DNA of 64,000 nt, from assembly GCA_963714085.1 (NCBI GenBank), contig OY970229.1, positions 192,001 through 256,000 of the forward strand, given 5' to 3'. The DNA is from an uncultured Candidatus Micrarchaeota archaeon (GTDB taxonomy: Archaea; Micrarchaeota; Micrarchaeia; Anstonellales; Bilamarchaeaceae). The position numbers and the translations under genes were made by a program. The notes beneath the pieces were generated by a model, which ran no database searches, was not told the origin of the DNA, and saw only the letters and a list, made by a program, of their open reading frames with translations. This document shows, piece after piece, positions 38,861-49,167 of the stretch. The first letter of the stretch is position 1, and each line of letters begins with the position of its first letter.

Positions 38861-39000
38861 TACTCAAACTCAACTCTTTCTCTCCTTTTCGGCTTTCTAT
38901 GTGCAGCAAACTGAACCGACTCACCGTCTCTAGTCTCGAACTCAACCGGCCTTTTGGTTTTGGTCCTTTCGCTTCTAGCTAAAAACGATGCTTTTGCCAT
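38857..39000 (-). CDS. 47-aa small basic protein (not in the ORF track)
   Basis: MAKASFLARSERTKTKRPVEFETRDGESVQFAAHRKPKRRERVEFEY; TTTAAA about 25 nt upstream; stop overlaps the HNH stop. Confidence 0.6.
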   Translation of the reverse strand: MAKASFLARSERTKTKRPVEFETRDGESVQFAAHRKPKRRERVEFEY

Positions 39001-39125
39001 GGTATAATATTATGATTAAGAATATTTAAACGTTTCATTATTTGATCCTCCCTAGACGCTCGCATCAGCCCGCGCCATGCGACCCCAGGCAGCATTATAA
39101 ATCCTCATACATACAATTATATTAT

Positions 39126-40160
39126 ATGACACTTAGTGTTGACCTCCGGAAGATGCCGCTCGAGACGCAGGCGAAGATGATCATAGCCCGCGACCCGGAC
39201 TGCCTCCACGGCTTTCTGGCATCGCATCCTTCGATGAGACACCCCATATGCGCCGCTGCCTATGACCTGGGTTACCGCGAGTTCGCGGTCAGGAACGCGC
39301 CGCTCCTGGACGCGGCGTTGGAAGGGATGAGGGGGAAGCTGGTCGCGCATGCGAAGGAGGTCTGCGGCACATCGGCGCCGGTCGACATGGTCGTCCGGTT
39401 ATCCACGATACCCATAAGGAACAGGGGCGTGCTTTACGAGAGGCGCGAGCCGCTGCTCAGGATGAATTTCAGCGACGGCAAAGCCGCGTACTGCAAATCG
39501 AGGAACGCGCTCCAGGAGTCCGTCGGCCTGAAGCTGCTGGCCGAAGTCGGCCTGCCCGCGTATTCATCCGCGCTGTGCGACGGCTGGATAGTCCTGGAAG
39601 GGGTGGAGGGAAGGGCCCTGACCGACCATGTGCTGTTCCCCGGAGCGGACACTGCCTCGATCACCGGCAACCGGGACGCGCTGCTGGACAACATAATCGC
39701 GGTGGTGGCGTTCGACCGCATCTTCGGGATGGTGGACAGGAACGAGCGGGGCCTGGTCATAAGCCATAGCGCCCGCGTGACCGCGATCGACCATGAGTAC
39801 CTGCTCGTCTACCCGAAACTGGGCGCGGCTGGGAAGGACCTCCCGGCCCAAGGGAGGGACCTGCTGAATTTCGGGCTCTATCTCAACGAGATCGGGATCG
39901 GGCTGAGCGTCCCGGACCATCTCGCGGGCGCGGCCAAGGTCTTCAGGCTCGCCAGGGAGCGCATGGGCGCCATCGCCGCCATCCTGGGCGATTATGTGGA
40001 TTCCAAAAAGCCGGTCGTGGACATGACGATTGGGCAGGTCAGGCTAGGCAGGGACATCGTCGCGAACGCGCAAAGGATCATCGAGGGAGGTCTGGAAAGC
40101 TTTTCCGCGGTCCTGGCCGCGCAGATGGACGAGATGGGAAAAGAGGGTTTTGCGCCCTGA
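39126..40160 (+). CDS. HipA/PI3-4-kinase-like atypical kinase
   Basis: AYCK...QESVG, FDRIFGMVDRNERG and AIDHE motifs; start moved to ATG 39126, TTATAAA at about 39095. Confidence 0.65.
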   Translation: MTLSVDLRKMPLETQAKMIIARDPDCLHGFLASHPSMRHPICAAAYDLGYREFAVRNAPLLDAALEGMRGKLVAHAKEVCGTSAPVDMVVRLSTIPIRNRGVLYERREPLLRMNFSDGKAAYCKSRNALQESVGLKLLAEVGLPAYSSALCDGWIVLEGVEGRALTDHVLFPGADTASITGNRDALLDNIIAVVAFDRIFGMVDRNERGLVISHSARVTAIDHEYLLVYPKLGAAGKDLPAQGRDLLNFGLYLNEIGIGLSVPDHLAGAAKVFRLARERMGAIAAILGDYVDSKKPVVDMTIGQVRLGRDIVANAQRIIEGGLESFSAVLAAQMDEMGKEGFAP

Positions 40161-40264
40161 GTGGTTTAACCTGTGCGCCGATTTCCCTGGCTGATCCCAC
40201 GCGTCCCGCCATGGTTTTTCTGGAAGCGCGCCGTGGCCGCCGGGAAAAATGATTGAAAGAGCGC

Positions 40265-41122
40265 TCAGAACCGGAACAGGACCCGATTTATATCGCGCTC
40301 CACGGATTTGAGCGCCTCCTCTATGACTGTGCACGCTGCCGCGGCCTCGTCGAGGAACTCCTGCGGCTCGAGCACCCGCTCGGCGTCCGCCGGCTTCCTG
40401 GCCTTCCTGGGCAGCATGTCTATCCCTGTCAATATAATCGGCACGGCCAGCAGGGCCGCGGTCACGGCAAGCGACTTGAACAGGTTCTCCTTCAGGCTGC
40501 CTTTGGCGAGCAGCAGCTCGTAACCGAAGACCGGCAGGGAGACTGTGCCGGCAGCCACGAACCAGCTCAAATGGTCCGACGGGACTCTGTACCTGCCCGC
40601 CAACCACGTGTTCGCTTCAGGAGCGTGGTGATGCCTGAATTTAATTTTACCGCCTGATGAATAGTCGGAGATGCTGACGACGTCCCTCCTCCTGCCATCT
40701 ATCACTATAACCTGCGACGTGCCGGACTTCACGATCGCCGCGCTGCGCACGTTCCTGCGCGCGCCGTACCACTTCCTGCGCGGCCTGGATGATGCGACGG
40801 TCTCGGCGTAATCGAGCGCCGACTTCATGGACCAGTAATCGTAGGGATAGTGTTGCTTGACACTCTGCGCAGATTGCACGACGCCGAGCTTGGCCGAGTC
40901 CAGCGCTGATTTCACGGACAAGAAGTGCTCGTAGGAGCACTGTAGAACGGGACCCTGCGTAGAATCCACGACGGGGATTTTGGCGAACATATCGGACGCG
41001 TCCTTGTAAACGCTCAGCCTGTGCCTCAGCTGGAACAACGAACCGAAGGTCGCTGAGAAGCCTGAGTCGTACGCCTTGGCCTGGGCTCCGGCAATCGCTT
41101 TGATAGATAGCATCTCGGTCAT
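40265..41122 (-). CDS. Hypothetical membrane protein
   Basis: 285 aa, two hydrophobic helices in the C-terminal third. Confidence 0.7.
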   Translation of the reverse strand: MTEMLSIKAIAGAQAKAYDSGFSATFGSLFQLRHRLSVYKDASDMFAKIPVVDSTQGPVLQCSYEHFLSVKSALDSAKLGVVQSAQSVKQHYPYDYWSMKSALDYAETVASSRPRRKWYGARRNVRSAAIVKSGTSQVIVIDGRRRDVVSISDYSSGGKIKFRHHHAPEANTWLAGRYRVPSDHLSWFVAAGTVSLPVFGYELLLAKGSLKENLFKSLAVTAALLAVPIILTGIDMLPRKARKPADAERVLEPQEFLDEAAAACTVIEEALKSVERDINRVLFRF

Positions 41123-41381
41123 GCATAAAATGATGTGGTACCACCTTTTTATACCTTCTGCAATCTAAGGTGGAGGGGCGGACCGCGTCACCGGCTCTTC
41201 TGGAAAGCATGCCGTTGTTTTACCAGAGAATGCTGGAGGAAGACTCTCCGGGCAGCCCGGGATCCGGAGTTTTTTGTCATCGCAATGATGGACGTCATTC
41301 CTGAATTTTGGTCGATGTGTCCACAAATAATGTTTTTTCGTAAAATGTAGACATATAGACTTTTGCAGCGCGCTGCGGTTC

Positions 41382-42509
41382 TCACTGCCCGAAGATACAA
41401 TCTAGCGCATCGCGCATCATATCTTTCGGGACCGGGGAAGCGTACTGGCCCTCCTCCACGTGCACCTTGCCGATCTCGTCTATGGTGACGAAATGCGGGA
41501 CCCCGTCGACGGCTTTCTTGTCGGTGGCGAGTTTCCCCTCGACCAGCGCCCGGTCGATATAGGGTGGGACGGACGAGGGCATATGCAGCCTGTTCAGCAG
41601 CCCGACGGCGGCGTCGAACGCCCCGGCGCTTAATCCGTTCAGGAGGCAGGAGAGGTTGAGGACCGCCCTGATCCCCAGGGCCACGGCCTCGCCATGGTAC
41701 AATCTGAAATCAGAGACGAACTCGATGGCATGGCCGAACGTGTGGCCGAAGTTCAGGCACCTGCGCTCGTTCTTCTCGTTCGGGTCCCTTCCCACCACCA
41801 TGCCCTTCAGCCGCACATTCGCCAGGGCGACCTCCTCCAGGAGGCCGGCGTCCCTCTGCAGTATGCCGTCCATGTGCCGCTCCAGGGAATCGAAGTAGCT
41901 TCTGTCGAGGACCAGGCCGGGTTTCACGGACTCCACGAGGCCGGAGCGGAAATTCCGCTCATCCAGGGATGCGAGGGTGCCCACGTCAGCCACCACGAGA
42001 TGCGGCTGGTAGAAGCTGCCGGCGGCGTTTTTTGAGACGTTGCTGTCGATGGCGCATTTGCCCCCGACGCAGGAGTCTGCCTGAGACAGGGTAGTGGTGG
42101 GGATCTGGACATAAGTCATGCCCCCTCGCTTGTAGGTGGCTGCGACAAAGCCGCCCATGTCGCCGATCACTCCGCCGCCGAGGCAGAGAAGGACGTCGCC
42201 CTTCTCAAAACCATGGGAATCCAGGAAATCGAGGATGGCTCCGTAAGTGGCGGTGTTTTTCCTGGTCTCGACAGAGCCCTGGGTGTCGGGTTCGATCACG
42301 AAGGCGGGTATCGAACCGGCTGGGTCGAGCCTGGCGAGATGGCCGCCTTTGACGACGTTCCCGTCGGTGATTATGGCCTGTCTTTTTCTGGAAACGCTGT
42401 CAGCGACGTACGCGCTGACACCTGGCAGCAGGTCGCGCCCCACGAAAACGTTGTAATTGCTCCTGGGGTCGTCCCTGAATTCTATCCTGTGGACCCTGGC
42501 ATTCCTCAT
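41382..42509 (-). CDS. aroB: 3-dehydroquinate synthase
   Basis: LGGGVIGDMGGF, QIPTT..QADSCVGGK, LNFGHTFGHAIE, HGEAVA and DKK motifs. Confidence 0.96.
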   Translation of the reverse strand: MRNARVHRIEFRDDPRSNYNVFVGRDLLPGVSAYVADSVSRKRQAIITDGNVVKGGHLARLDPAGSIPAFVIEPDTQGSVETRKNTATYGAILDFLDSHGFEKGDVLLCLGGGVIGDMGGFVAATYKRGGMTYVQIPTTTLSQADSCVGGKCAIDSNVSKNAAGSFYQPHLVVADVGTLASLDERNFRSGLVESVKPGLVLDRSYFDSLERHMDGILQRDAGLLEEVALANVRLKGMVVGRDPNEKNERRCLNFGHTFGHAIEFVSDFRLYHGEAVALGIRAVLNLSCLLNGLSAGAFDAAVGLLNRLHMPSSVPPYIDRALVEGKLATDKKAVDGVPHFVTIDEIGKVHVEEGQYASPVPKDMMRDALDCIFGQ

Positions 42510-42601
42510 GGCATCCCGCCTTCCCGTATTGAAGTGTGAATAGATTATTTTAAGGATTTGTTGCCGTCATGCGCGGTGCCGGGCGCCCGTAGGCTCTTCT
42601 C

Positions 42602-45052
42602 TCAATTTAACACTTTTTTGCCGAGTGGGGAACCGGCAGCCCGCCTCTGCCTCGAGCCTGAAGCCGCGTCCTTCCTCATGTGCAGCTTCCGCATCACGTC
42701 GCGCGCCTCGGCATACACGCGCTTCGCGGTTGCGACCTGCTCCCTTATCGTGGGCTCGGCCAGCTTGCTCGTGAGGACCCGACCGACCCAGTCCGGAGTC
42801 ACGGAGGCGTGGACTGCGATGAGCCTCTTTGTCTCGCTCTTTATGCCCCTGTCCTTGTCTCCCGAGAGCTCGCGTTTCCGGATCAGGGATTCGATCTGCC
42901 TGGCGTCCTTAGGATGTTTGGCTATGAAGTCCCGCATCAGCTCGTAATGGACGTCGTCGGCGACCTTTCCGATCACGTCTCCCGTCGCCCCCTCGAGCCT
43001 CGCGCCCCACCCCTTCCAGTGGGCCTCGGTGAAGCCGCGCGAAAGCGGAAGGCCGCTCGTGAGGAAGTGCCTCAGCAGGGAGGAGCGCTCTTCCTGGTTC
43101 AGCTCGCCCACTATGTCCACATATTTGAAGCGCCTGTAGATGGCGAGGGGTATCTTCGCCGGCTCGTTCGTGAAGCCCACGGTTATGATCCCCTCGTAAT
43201 CGACGATGCCGTCGAGCTTCATCTGTATCGCCTTCTGGACGCGGCGGTAGGTCTCGTCCACCCAATGGCCGTTGCTGATGTTGAACCAGCCGTCGAACTC
43301 GTCCATCAGCAGGAACACGAGCTTCTCGCCGCCGCTTGCTGCGCGCAGCGCCGCCGCCCCGTCCCATATGCGGTCGACGTTCTTCTCGAATTCCCCGAAC
43401 ATGCAGGTGAGGGCAGTGGTGACGTTGACCTCCGCGCCTATGAACCGCGGGTCGCCGCCGATCGCGCGGCCGATCTCGGTCTTTCCGCAGCCGTACGGGC
43501 CTATCGCTACCAGGTTGCTGCGGATCTTGCCCCTGGGGGCGGTGGCCCGGTAAAGGCGGGGGAAGCGCGAATATACCGCGAGATCCTCGACGTGGGCCTT
43601 CATGTCGTCGAAGCTCGCGCCGTAGACGTCTTTCATCCTGATTTTCGGGGCGGCTTCCCGGACGAAACTGAACTCCCCCCTGTCCCCGTTGCTGCCCACG
43701 TAGAACTCGTTGCGGTCCTTCGTGTCCTTTTCCATGACCCTGGTGCGGCTTGTTTTCTGCGCCTGCTCCATCGCCTCTTTCAGCCCGATCGCCTTCTCGA
43801 TTGCGGCCTTCGCGCGCTCATGGCGCATGGCCTCCGGGACCTGCGAGATGGCTTCCAGCGCCTCATGGAGGTGGCAAACCAGCTTTTTTCTCGCGGCGAA
43901 ATAGCGCCTCTCGGAATCGCTGCGGGACTTCAGGTCGTCTTCCGTCGGGCGGATGGCGTTGAAGTTTATGCCGCGCATGCGTGCGAGCATGGGGGCAGGA
44001 TTGGGCACTGCCGCTTCGAGCTTCCTCCGGTTGATTTGGATGCTGCCGCTCCTGCTCAGATAATCGAGGACAACGTTCACGGGTTCCCTCGTCCTCGCGG
44101 CCACGGTGTAGAAGTCCGAATACAAGCCGGCGACCTTATCGAAGAACACCGTCGGGTTCCTCATGTACTCCATGCAAACGGGGTCGGCGAGCTCGGCGAG
44201 TATCCCTGCCGCACGCTCGAGTTCAAAGGCATCCACGAATTTCTCTTCCTCCTTTTTCTTGCCCTTCTTTTTCTTGCCTGCTCCGTGTTTCGGCTTGGAA
44301 TAACGGCGCGGGACGTGCGCCATCATGTCCAGGAGGACGTCGGTGAGCATCGGGGAGCCAGCCACCAGTTCGATTTTCGCGCAGGTCACGACCGAGGCGA
44401 GGATGTTCGGGGGCTCCAGCTCGTCCGGAGCGGGCTGGAACAACCTGCCTGTCGGCTGCTCAATGCCGACGAAGCGTCTCTGGTAGTAGCGGTAGAGGAA
44501 TACCGCCCCCTGATAGGTCGTATTCACGATCGACGGGAAGTTAAGGCGGTTCTCCGCGATCTTGACCGCATTGCTCTCAGCCAGCGCAAGCTCGCTTGGC
44601 TCCAGTCTGGGCTCGATGCCCCTGGGTTGCGGCCTCCGCATCCCGAATCCGCCGTAGCCCGGCTCGGCGTCCTCGCTTGGGTCCGTGCCTCTCGAGTTAT
44701 ACGCCTCACGGAGGTTGACGATCTCATGCAACCGGTAAGCTGTCGGGGACACCACTGAGCCCATCAGCTCCCCGATGGCATGCAATGCGTGCAAAGAGGT
44801 GAATCCTGAGAAATCCCCTGCTTCACTGAAACGGTCTTCTCCGGATTGGAACACGCCATGGGCGGCTTCCATTCTGGCAAGCAGCTCCAGCGAAGCCTGG
44901 CCGGCATCCGCAAGCGAGAGCACCCTGCGCTCGCCCTCCAGCATCGATCGGCGTGCCCGGGAACGTTCTTCAGTCATCGGACTGATAAGGCTGAAAAGGT
45001 CAGCGAGTCCGGGATTTTTGTCCTCATCCATGAATTCTCCCACCAGAACCAT
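42602..45052 (-). CDS. AAA+ ATPase with a long uncharacterised N-terminal region
   Basis: GPYGCGKT, FLLMDEFD and FTNEP...IYRRF (Walker A, Walker B, sensor 1, Arg finger). Confidence 0.85.
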   Translation of the reverse strand: MVLVGEFMDEDKNPGLADLFSLISPMTEERSRARRSMLEGERRVLSLADAGQASLELLARMEAAHGVFQSGEDRFSEAGDFSGFTSLHALHAIGELMGSVVSPTAYRLHEIVNLREAYNSRGTDPSEDAEPGYGGFGMRRPQPRGIEPRLEPSELALAESNAVKIAENRLNFPSIVNTTYQGAVFLYRYYQRRFVGIEQPTGRLFQPAPDELEPPNILASVVTCAKIELVAGSPMLTDVLLDMMAHVPRRYSKPKHGAGKKKKGKKKEEEKFVDAFELERAAGILAELADPVCMEYMRNPTVFFDKVAGLYSDFYTVAARTREPVNVVLDYLSRSGSIQINRRKLEAAVPNPAPMLARMRGINFNAIRPTEDDLKSRSDSERRYFAARKKLVCHLHEALEAISQVPEAMRHERAKAAIEKAIGLKEAMEQAQKTSRTRVMEKDTKDRNEFYVGSNGDRGEFSFVREAAPKIRMKDVYGASFDDMKAHVEDLAVYSRFPRLYRATAPRGKIRSNLVAIGPYGCGKTEIGRAIGGDPRFIGAEVNVTTALTCMFGEFEKNVDRIWDGAAALRAASGGEKLVFLLMDEFDGWFNISNGHWVDETYRRVQKAIQMKLDGIVDYEGIITVGFTNEPAKIPLAIYRRFKYVDIVGELNQEERSSLLRHFLTSGLPLSRGFTEAHWKGWGARLEGATGDVIGKVADDVHYELMRDFIAKHPKDARQIESLIRKRELSGDKDRGIKSETKRLIAVHASVTPDWVGRVLTSKLAEPTIREQVATAKRVYAEARDVMRKLHMRKDAASGSRQRRAAGSPLGKKVLN

Positions 45053-45272
45053 CGTGCAGGCTGCGGTGCATCAGATGCTTTCGCAGATGCTGGATTTAGA
45101 TATGCCAAAATAAGCTTAAAAGGTTATCTTTTAACACATAACCAAACTTAAGATCTGAATGCAGGGGAAGGGACCGCGCGGTTTTCAGGAAAGCGTGCCG
45201 TCATTTATAAACCTAGTCGAAGCAGGCGAATCAGGGTGTTTTCTCGGATGCCATCGCCAAGGGGGGAGGAGT

Positions 45273-45785
45273 ATGGAAGAACTGACGGATGCAGAAAAGA
45301 AAGAACTCGCTGGTTTGGTTTCGAAGAAATTGAATGATGGGCGATACAGGGAACGGTTGAAAGGGTACGTGACGAGCCTGGATGAAAAAGGCATAGACGA
45401 CATCGTGAAAAGGATATCGAAAGACATGTCTGAAGAGATGGGCGCGCAGCCGAAACGAGGCACCGGCCCTCGCAAGGTTTTCGCCGCACGGAACGCGATG
45501 CCCGGGCAGGCCAAAAGCCATGCGGCGCCGGGCACGATCATGCTTGGTGCGTCTTCGACGTCTTTCAAAGAAAAATTCAGCGTCGAAGCGATCGAAAACA
45601 TGATCAAAGCGGCCCCGGAGTTTAAACAGGCGCTTTTGGATTCCGCCGTGGACGATGCGAAAAAGATGGTCGAGTATCTTAAAGACAAAGGCGCAGCCAG
45701 CGTCACGGTCAATTTGACCATATTCGGCGCAGGGGTCTCGATAGAGTTCGATGTAGCGTCATTGACCGATAAAAAAGGGACATAG
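45273..45785 (+). CDS. Hypothetical protein
   Basis: Start moved to ATG 45273 after GGAGGAG; charged helical protein. Confidence 0.65.
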   Translation: MEELTDAEKKELAGLVSKKLNDGRYRERLKGYVTSLDEKGIDDIVKRISKDMSEEMGAQPKRGTGPRKVFAARNAMPGQAKSHAAPGTIMLGASSTSFKEKFSVEAIENMIKAAPEFKQALLDSAVDDAKKMVEYLKDKGAASVTVNLTIFGAGVSIEFDVASLTDKKGT

Positions 45786-45818
45786 GGCGAAGGGAATACG
45801 ACCCGGGCAGAGGCCGCC

Positions 45819-47069
45819 CTAGAATCGGTCCATCAGGCCCTCGAGGGTCTCGAAGAACCGCGGGTACGATTTCGCCACACAACCCTCGTCCAGTATATCC
45901 ACGCCCTCTTCCGAGACGAGCGCCGCCACGGCCCCTGCCATGGCGATGCGGTGGTCCTTGCGCGGGTCCAGGACGCCGCCCCTGAGCTTCCTCCCGCCGA
46001 TTATCTCCATCGTGTTTTCTTTTTCTATGATGTTTATCTCCGCGCCGATCCCGCGGAAGCCGTCCAGGAGCGCGGCCGCGCGGTCGCTCTCCTTTTTCTT
46101 GAGCCTGTCCGTCCCGTGGATCACGCTCCGGCCCTGGCACGCGCATGCGAGTGCGACAAGGGGCGGGAATAGATCCGGCGAGTGCGTGGCGTCGAACTCG
46201 AAGGCCCTGAGCCGGCCTGCGCTGACCTTGACGCCTTCTCTGAGCTGCTCCACTTTCGCTCCGGCGCCCCTGAGCACGTCAGTCACAGCCTTGTCCGGCT
46301 GGAAGTCCTCGCGGAGGTTGTCGACCTCGACCTCCCCGGCGATCGCCCCGGCCACCAGCATGAAAGCGGCCCCTGACCAGTCGCCTTCCACCGGGTATTC
46401 GCACGCCCGGTAGCGCTGCCCCCCTTTTATCGTGAATATGCTGAAGGATAGGTCCGGCGTTATATCGACGTGGAACTCGGAAAGCGCGCACTGCGTCATG
46501 TGGACGTACGCCTTGCTTTTGAGTTCCCTCACTATGACTTGTGAATCCTTGCTGCAGAGCGGGAGCGCCATGAGCAGGCCGCTCACGAACTGCGAGCTCT
46601 CCGAGCCGTCCACCAGCAGGGTGCAGCCGTTTATCGGCCCCTTGACATGGATGGGCGGCTTGCCGTTGTTCGTCGTGCACTGCGCGCCGAGGGTCGTGAG
46701 CGGACCCACGACCATCCCGACCGGCCTTTCAAGGAGCGTTCCGCTCCCGATGAGCTCGAACTCTTTTCCACGGAGGGCGGCCAGCGCCGCGGACATCCTC
46801 ATGCACGCGCCCGATTCCTTGCAATCGAGCACGTCTCCGACCGGCCCGTATCCTCCGGTTATCCGGACCTCCTTCTCGCCCTTTACCACCTTCGCTCCGA
46901 GCGCCGCGGCCACGTTCATGGCCGCGAGGGCGTCGTCGCAGAGGCTCGGGCGCTTCAGCACCGATTCGCCTTTGGCATGGGCTGCGGCCAGCACCGCCCT
47001 CAGCGTCATGCTCTTCGACGGAGGGGCCTCTATCCTGCCGGATATCCCGGACGGCCTTATGTGCCTCAT
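45819..47069 (-). CDS. aroA: EPSP synthase (3-phosphoshikimate 1-carboxyvinyltransferase)
   Basis: PPSKS, ESG, SSQFVSGLL, EGDWS, KKESDR, DHRIAMA and KSYP motifs. Confidence 0.96.
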   Translation of the reverse strand: MRHIRPSGISGRIEAPPSKSMTLRAVLAAAHAKGESVLKRPSLCDDALAAMNVAAALGAKVVKGEKEVRITGGYGPVGDVLDCKESGACMRMSAALAALRGKEFELIGSGTLLERPVGMVVGPLTTLGAQCTTNNGKPPIHVKGPINGCTLLVDGSESSQFVSGLLMALPLCSKDSQVIVRELKSKAYVHMTQCALSEFHVDITPDLSFSIFTIKGGQRYRACEYPVEGDWSGAAFMLVAGAIAGEVEVDNLREDFQPDKAVTDVLRGAGAKVEQLREGVKVSAGRLRAFEFDATHSPDLFPPLVALACACQGRSVIHGTDRLKKKESDRAAALLDGFRGIGAEINIIEKENTMEIIGGRKLRGGVLDPRKDHRIAMAGAVAALVSEEGVDILDEGCVAKSYPRFFETLEGLMDRF

Positions 47070-47325
47070 CCCGAACCCTCCCTGCGATTCCTCATCCCAA
47101 TCTTATGATAGATTGTGATTTTGAATGTAACGGTATGCGCGGGAAGCCCGGCCGTGCGATAATCACATCAATTCTATGCTCGCGGGCGGTTTCGGTGTCA
47201 GGTCCAGGAACACCCGGCCTACCGAGGCTTCGCGCCTGAGGATTTTTCCCGCGAGAAGGACGCATCCGCCGCAGCGCCAACGTTTAAAATACGGGGTTAT
47301 ATTATATGCTATCGGGTGGTGGCTT

Positions 47326-48537
47326 ATGCCTACGCTTACGAATGCGACAGCAACAACCGGAAAGAAAGTCGATTCATGCAAAATGCCCTCCGAAGCGCCA
47401 AGCCAACGGAGCCCCAGGGATATCGCGAAGATGCTGGAAAGCAGCAGCCGGGCGCAACGCATGGCCGGCGTCCGAAAATTAGCCGGGAATGCTAAGGCGC
47501 TGAAGTACGTGGTCGAACATTCCGAGCGCAGGGATGTGAGGCTAGCGGCCGCCAAAGAGCTGAGAGACGCAAGGGCCCTGGAGGACATCGCAGCATATTC
47601 CAGGCACAAGGAAGCGAGGCTGGCTGCCGTCGATGCGCTTCCCGATAGCGAGGAAAGCCTGGCTCGGGCATATGAGCGCACGGACCACTTGGACGTGAAA
47701 TATGCCATCGCCGGGAAGCTCGCCGGGATGGTCGAGCGCCTCGAATCCTCTTATGCATTGGCATGCGTGGTGGACCGCACCAAAAACGAGGATACGATGA
47801 AAACGGCAGTCAGGAAGCTTGCTTCCATGGTAGATGAAATCACGGAACGGGATGGATTGAGGTGCGTGGCCCTGCATTCCGAGGACGAGGCTGCAAGGCG
47901 CACTGCGGTCGGAAAACTGACGGATGCCAAGGCCTTGAAGGATGTGGCCGCGTACGCCGGGAGTCCGGATGCACGGCTGGCGGCGCTCGGGAAACTGACG
48001 GATTCGGACGATGTGAAGTATGTCGCTGATCGTACGGCATTCGCTGACAGCGGGGAAGCCGCAGCCAGGATGTTGACCGATGACGAGGCTTTGCAAGACG
48101 TCGCGCTGGAGGCCAAAAACAGGGCCACGAGAATCGCTGCTGCCGGAAAACTGGGCAGTGTCGATCGGATGGAGCATGTCATTTTCATGGCAACGGATAG
48201 AGCCGTCACGAAGGCTGCTATTGCGGCATTGACAGATGTGGAAACGCTGGTGAAAATCGCTGTACGTACGTTTTCAAGCATAGGGATGGATGCCTTGAAG
48301 AAACTGGCTGGAGACAAACAAGCGCAGATAAGAGTGGCGAATGAATCTAGTTGCGTTGGTACCAGTCTCGCTGTGGTAAAGGGATTGAACGACGAGGATG
48401 CGCTGGAAGACGTGGCAGAGCATAGCAGGCATCTGGAAGCGAAAGACGCCGCAAGGGAAAAGCTGAGGCGCATGAGAGGGGAAGACACGGAATTCGTGAG
48501 GGAGCTCTCTGCCATCATGATGGGGAGCCAGGTCTGA
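47326..48537 (+). CDS. HEAT-like alpha-solenoid repeat protein
   Basis: About 25-aa repeats R.AA..KL.D..AL..VA; start moved to ATG 47326 after GGTGG. Confidence 0.8.
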   Translation: MPTLTNATATTGKKVDSCKMPSEAPSQRSPRDIAKMLESSSRAQRMAGVRKLAGNAKALKYVVEHSERRDVRLAAAKELRDARALEDIAAYSRHKEARLAAVDALPDSEESLARAYERTDHLDVKYAIAGKLAGMVERLESSYALACVVDRTKNEDTMKTAVRKLASMVDEITERDGLRCVALHSEDEAARRTAVGKLTDAKALKDVAAYAGSPDARLAALGKLTDSDDVKYVADRTAFADSGEAAARMLTDDEALQDVALEAKNRATRIAAAGKLGSVDRMEHVIFMATDRAVTKAAIAALTDVETLVKIAVRTFSSIGMDALKKLAGDKQAQIRVANESSCVGTSLAVVKGLNDEDALEDVAEHSRHLEAKDAAREKLRRMRGEDTEFVRELSAIMMGSQV

Positions 48538-48619
48538 TCCCCGTCCGGGCGCACGCCGCATGCTCCCTTGGCGGTCGCGTGCATAATCATTAAGAACTCT
48601 CTTATACAACAACATAAAC

Positions 48620-49108
48620 ATGGCACCTGCACACAGAACTCTCAGACCAGAGATATTTGCCACGCAACGGAGAGCGACTAGATTTGGGCCGGATGCCGAA
48701 GGCCATACCAGGAAAATGGCGAAACTGATCATAATAGACGGCGACCCGGAGATGATCGCCATGGGCAGGAGGCTGCTTGACGAGAGTTGCGATATGCCTG
48801 GGCGCATGCCGCCCGCCAAGTCCCTTGAGGAAGCCAAAGCGCTCGTGGACCTGCACGGGCCGGACATCATATTGACCGGCAGGAGAATCGGCGGCAACCT
48901 TTATGCCTGCTGCGATCTGCTTGATTATGCCAAAAGCAAGAACAATAAGACCACGGTAATCCTATGGTCTGATTGGTCGAAAGGGGGAGAGCACAGGGAA
49001 GGCGAGAACCACAGGTTTGACGCGGTGGTGGATATCAGGAAACCCGGCGAGGTCCGCGGCGTCGTCGCGTATTACAGCGGTGTTCGATTCGCGCAAGATC
49101 TCGCATAG
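48620..49108 (+). CDS. Stand-alone pseudo-receiver domain protein 1
   Basis: KLIIIDGD, SLEEA, PDIILTG and VILWS; Gly at the phospho-Asp position. Confidence 0.8.
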   Translation: MAPAHRTLRPEIFATQRRATRFGPDAEGHTRKMAKLIIIDGDPEMIAMGRRLLDESCDMPGRMPPAKSLEEAKALVDLHGPDIILTGRRIGGNLYACCDLLDYAKSKNNKTTVILWSDWSKGGEHREGENHRFDAVVDIRKPGEVRGVVAYYSGVRFAQDLA

Positions 49109-49167
49109 CCCTGCCTTGGCGGTCGCGTGCATAGTCATTAAAAGCTCTTTTGCGTAACAGCAGCGTC

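Noticed and set aside
42680..44758. 692-aa plus-strand ORF
   Set aside because: Antisense shadow of the AAA+ ATPase gene.
47092..47280. Leader peptide or riboswitch upstream of aroA
   Set aside because: The short ORF is not aromatic-rich; only small hairpins and a TGTGATT/AATCACA pair are present, which is insufficient support.
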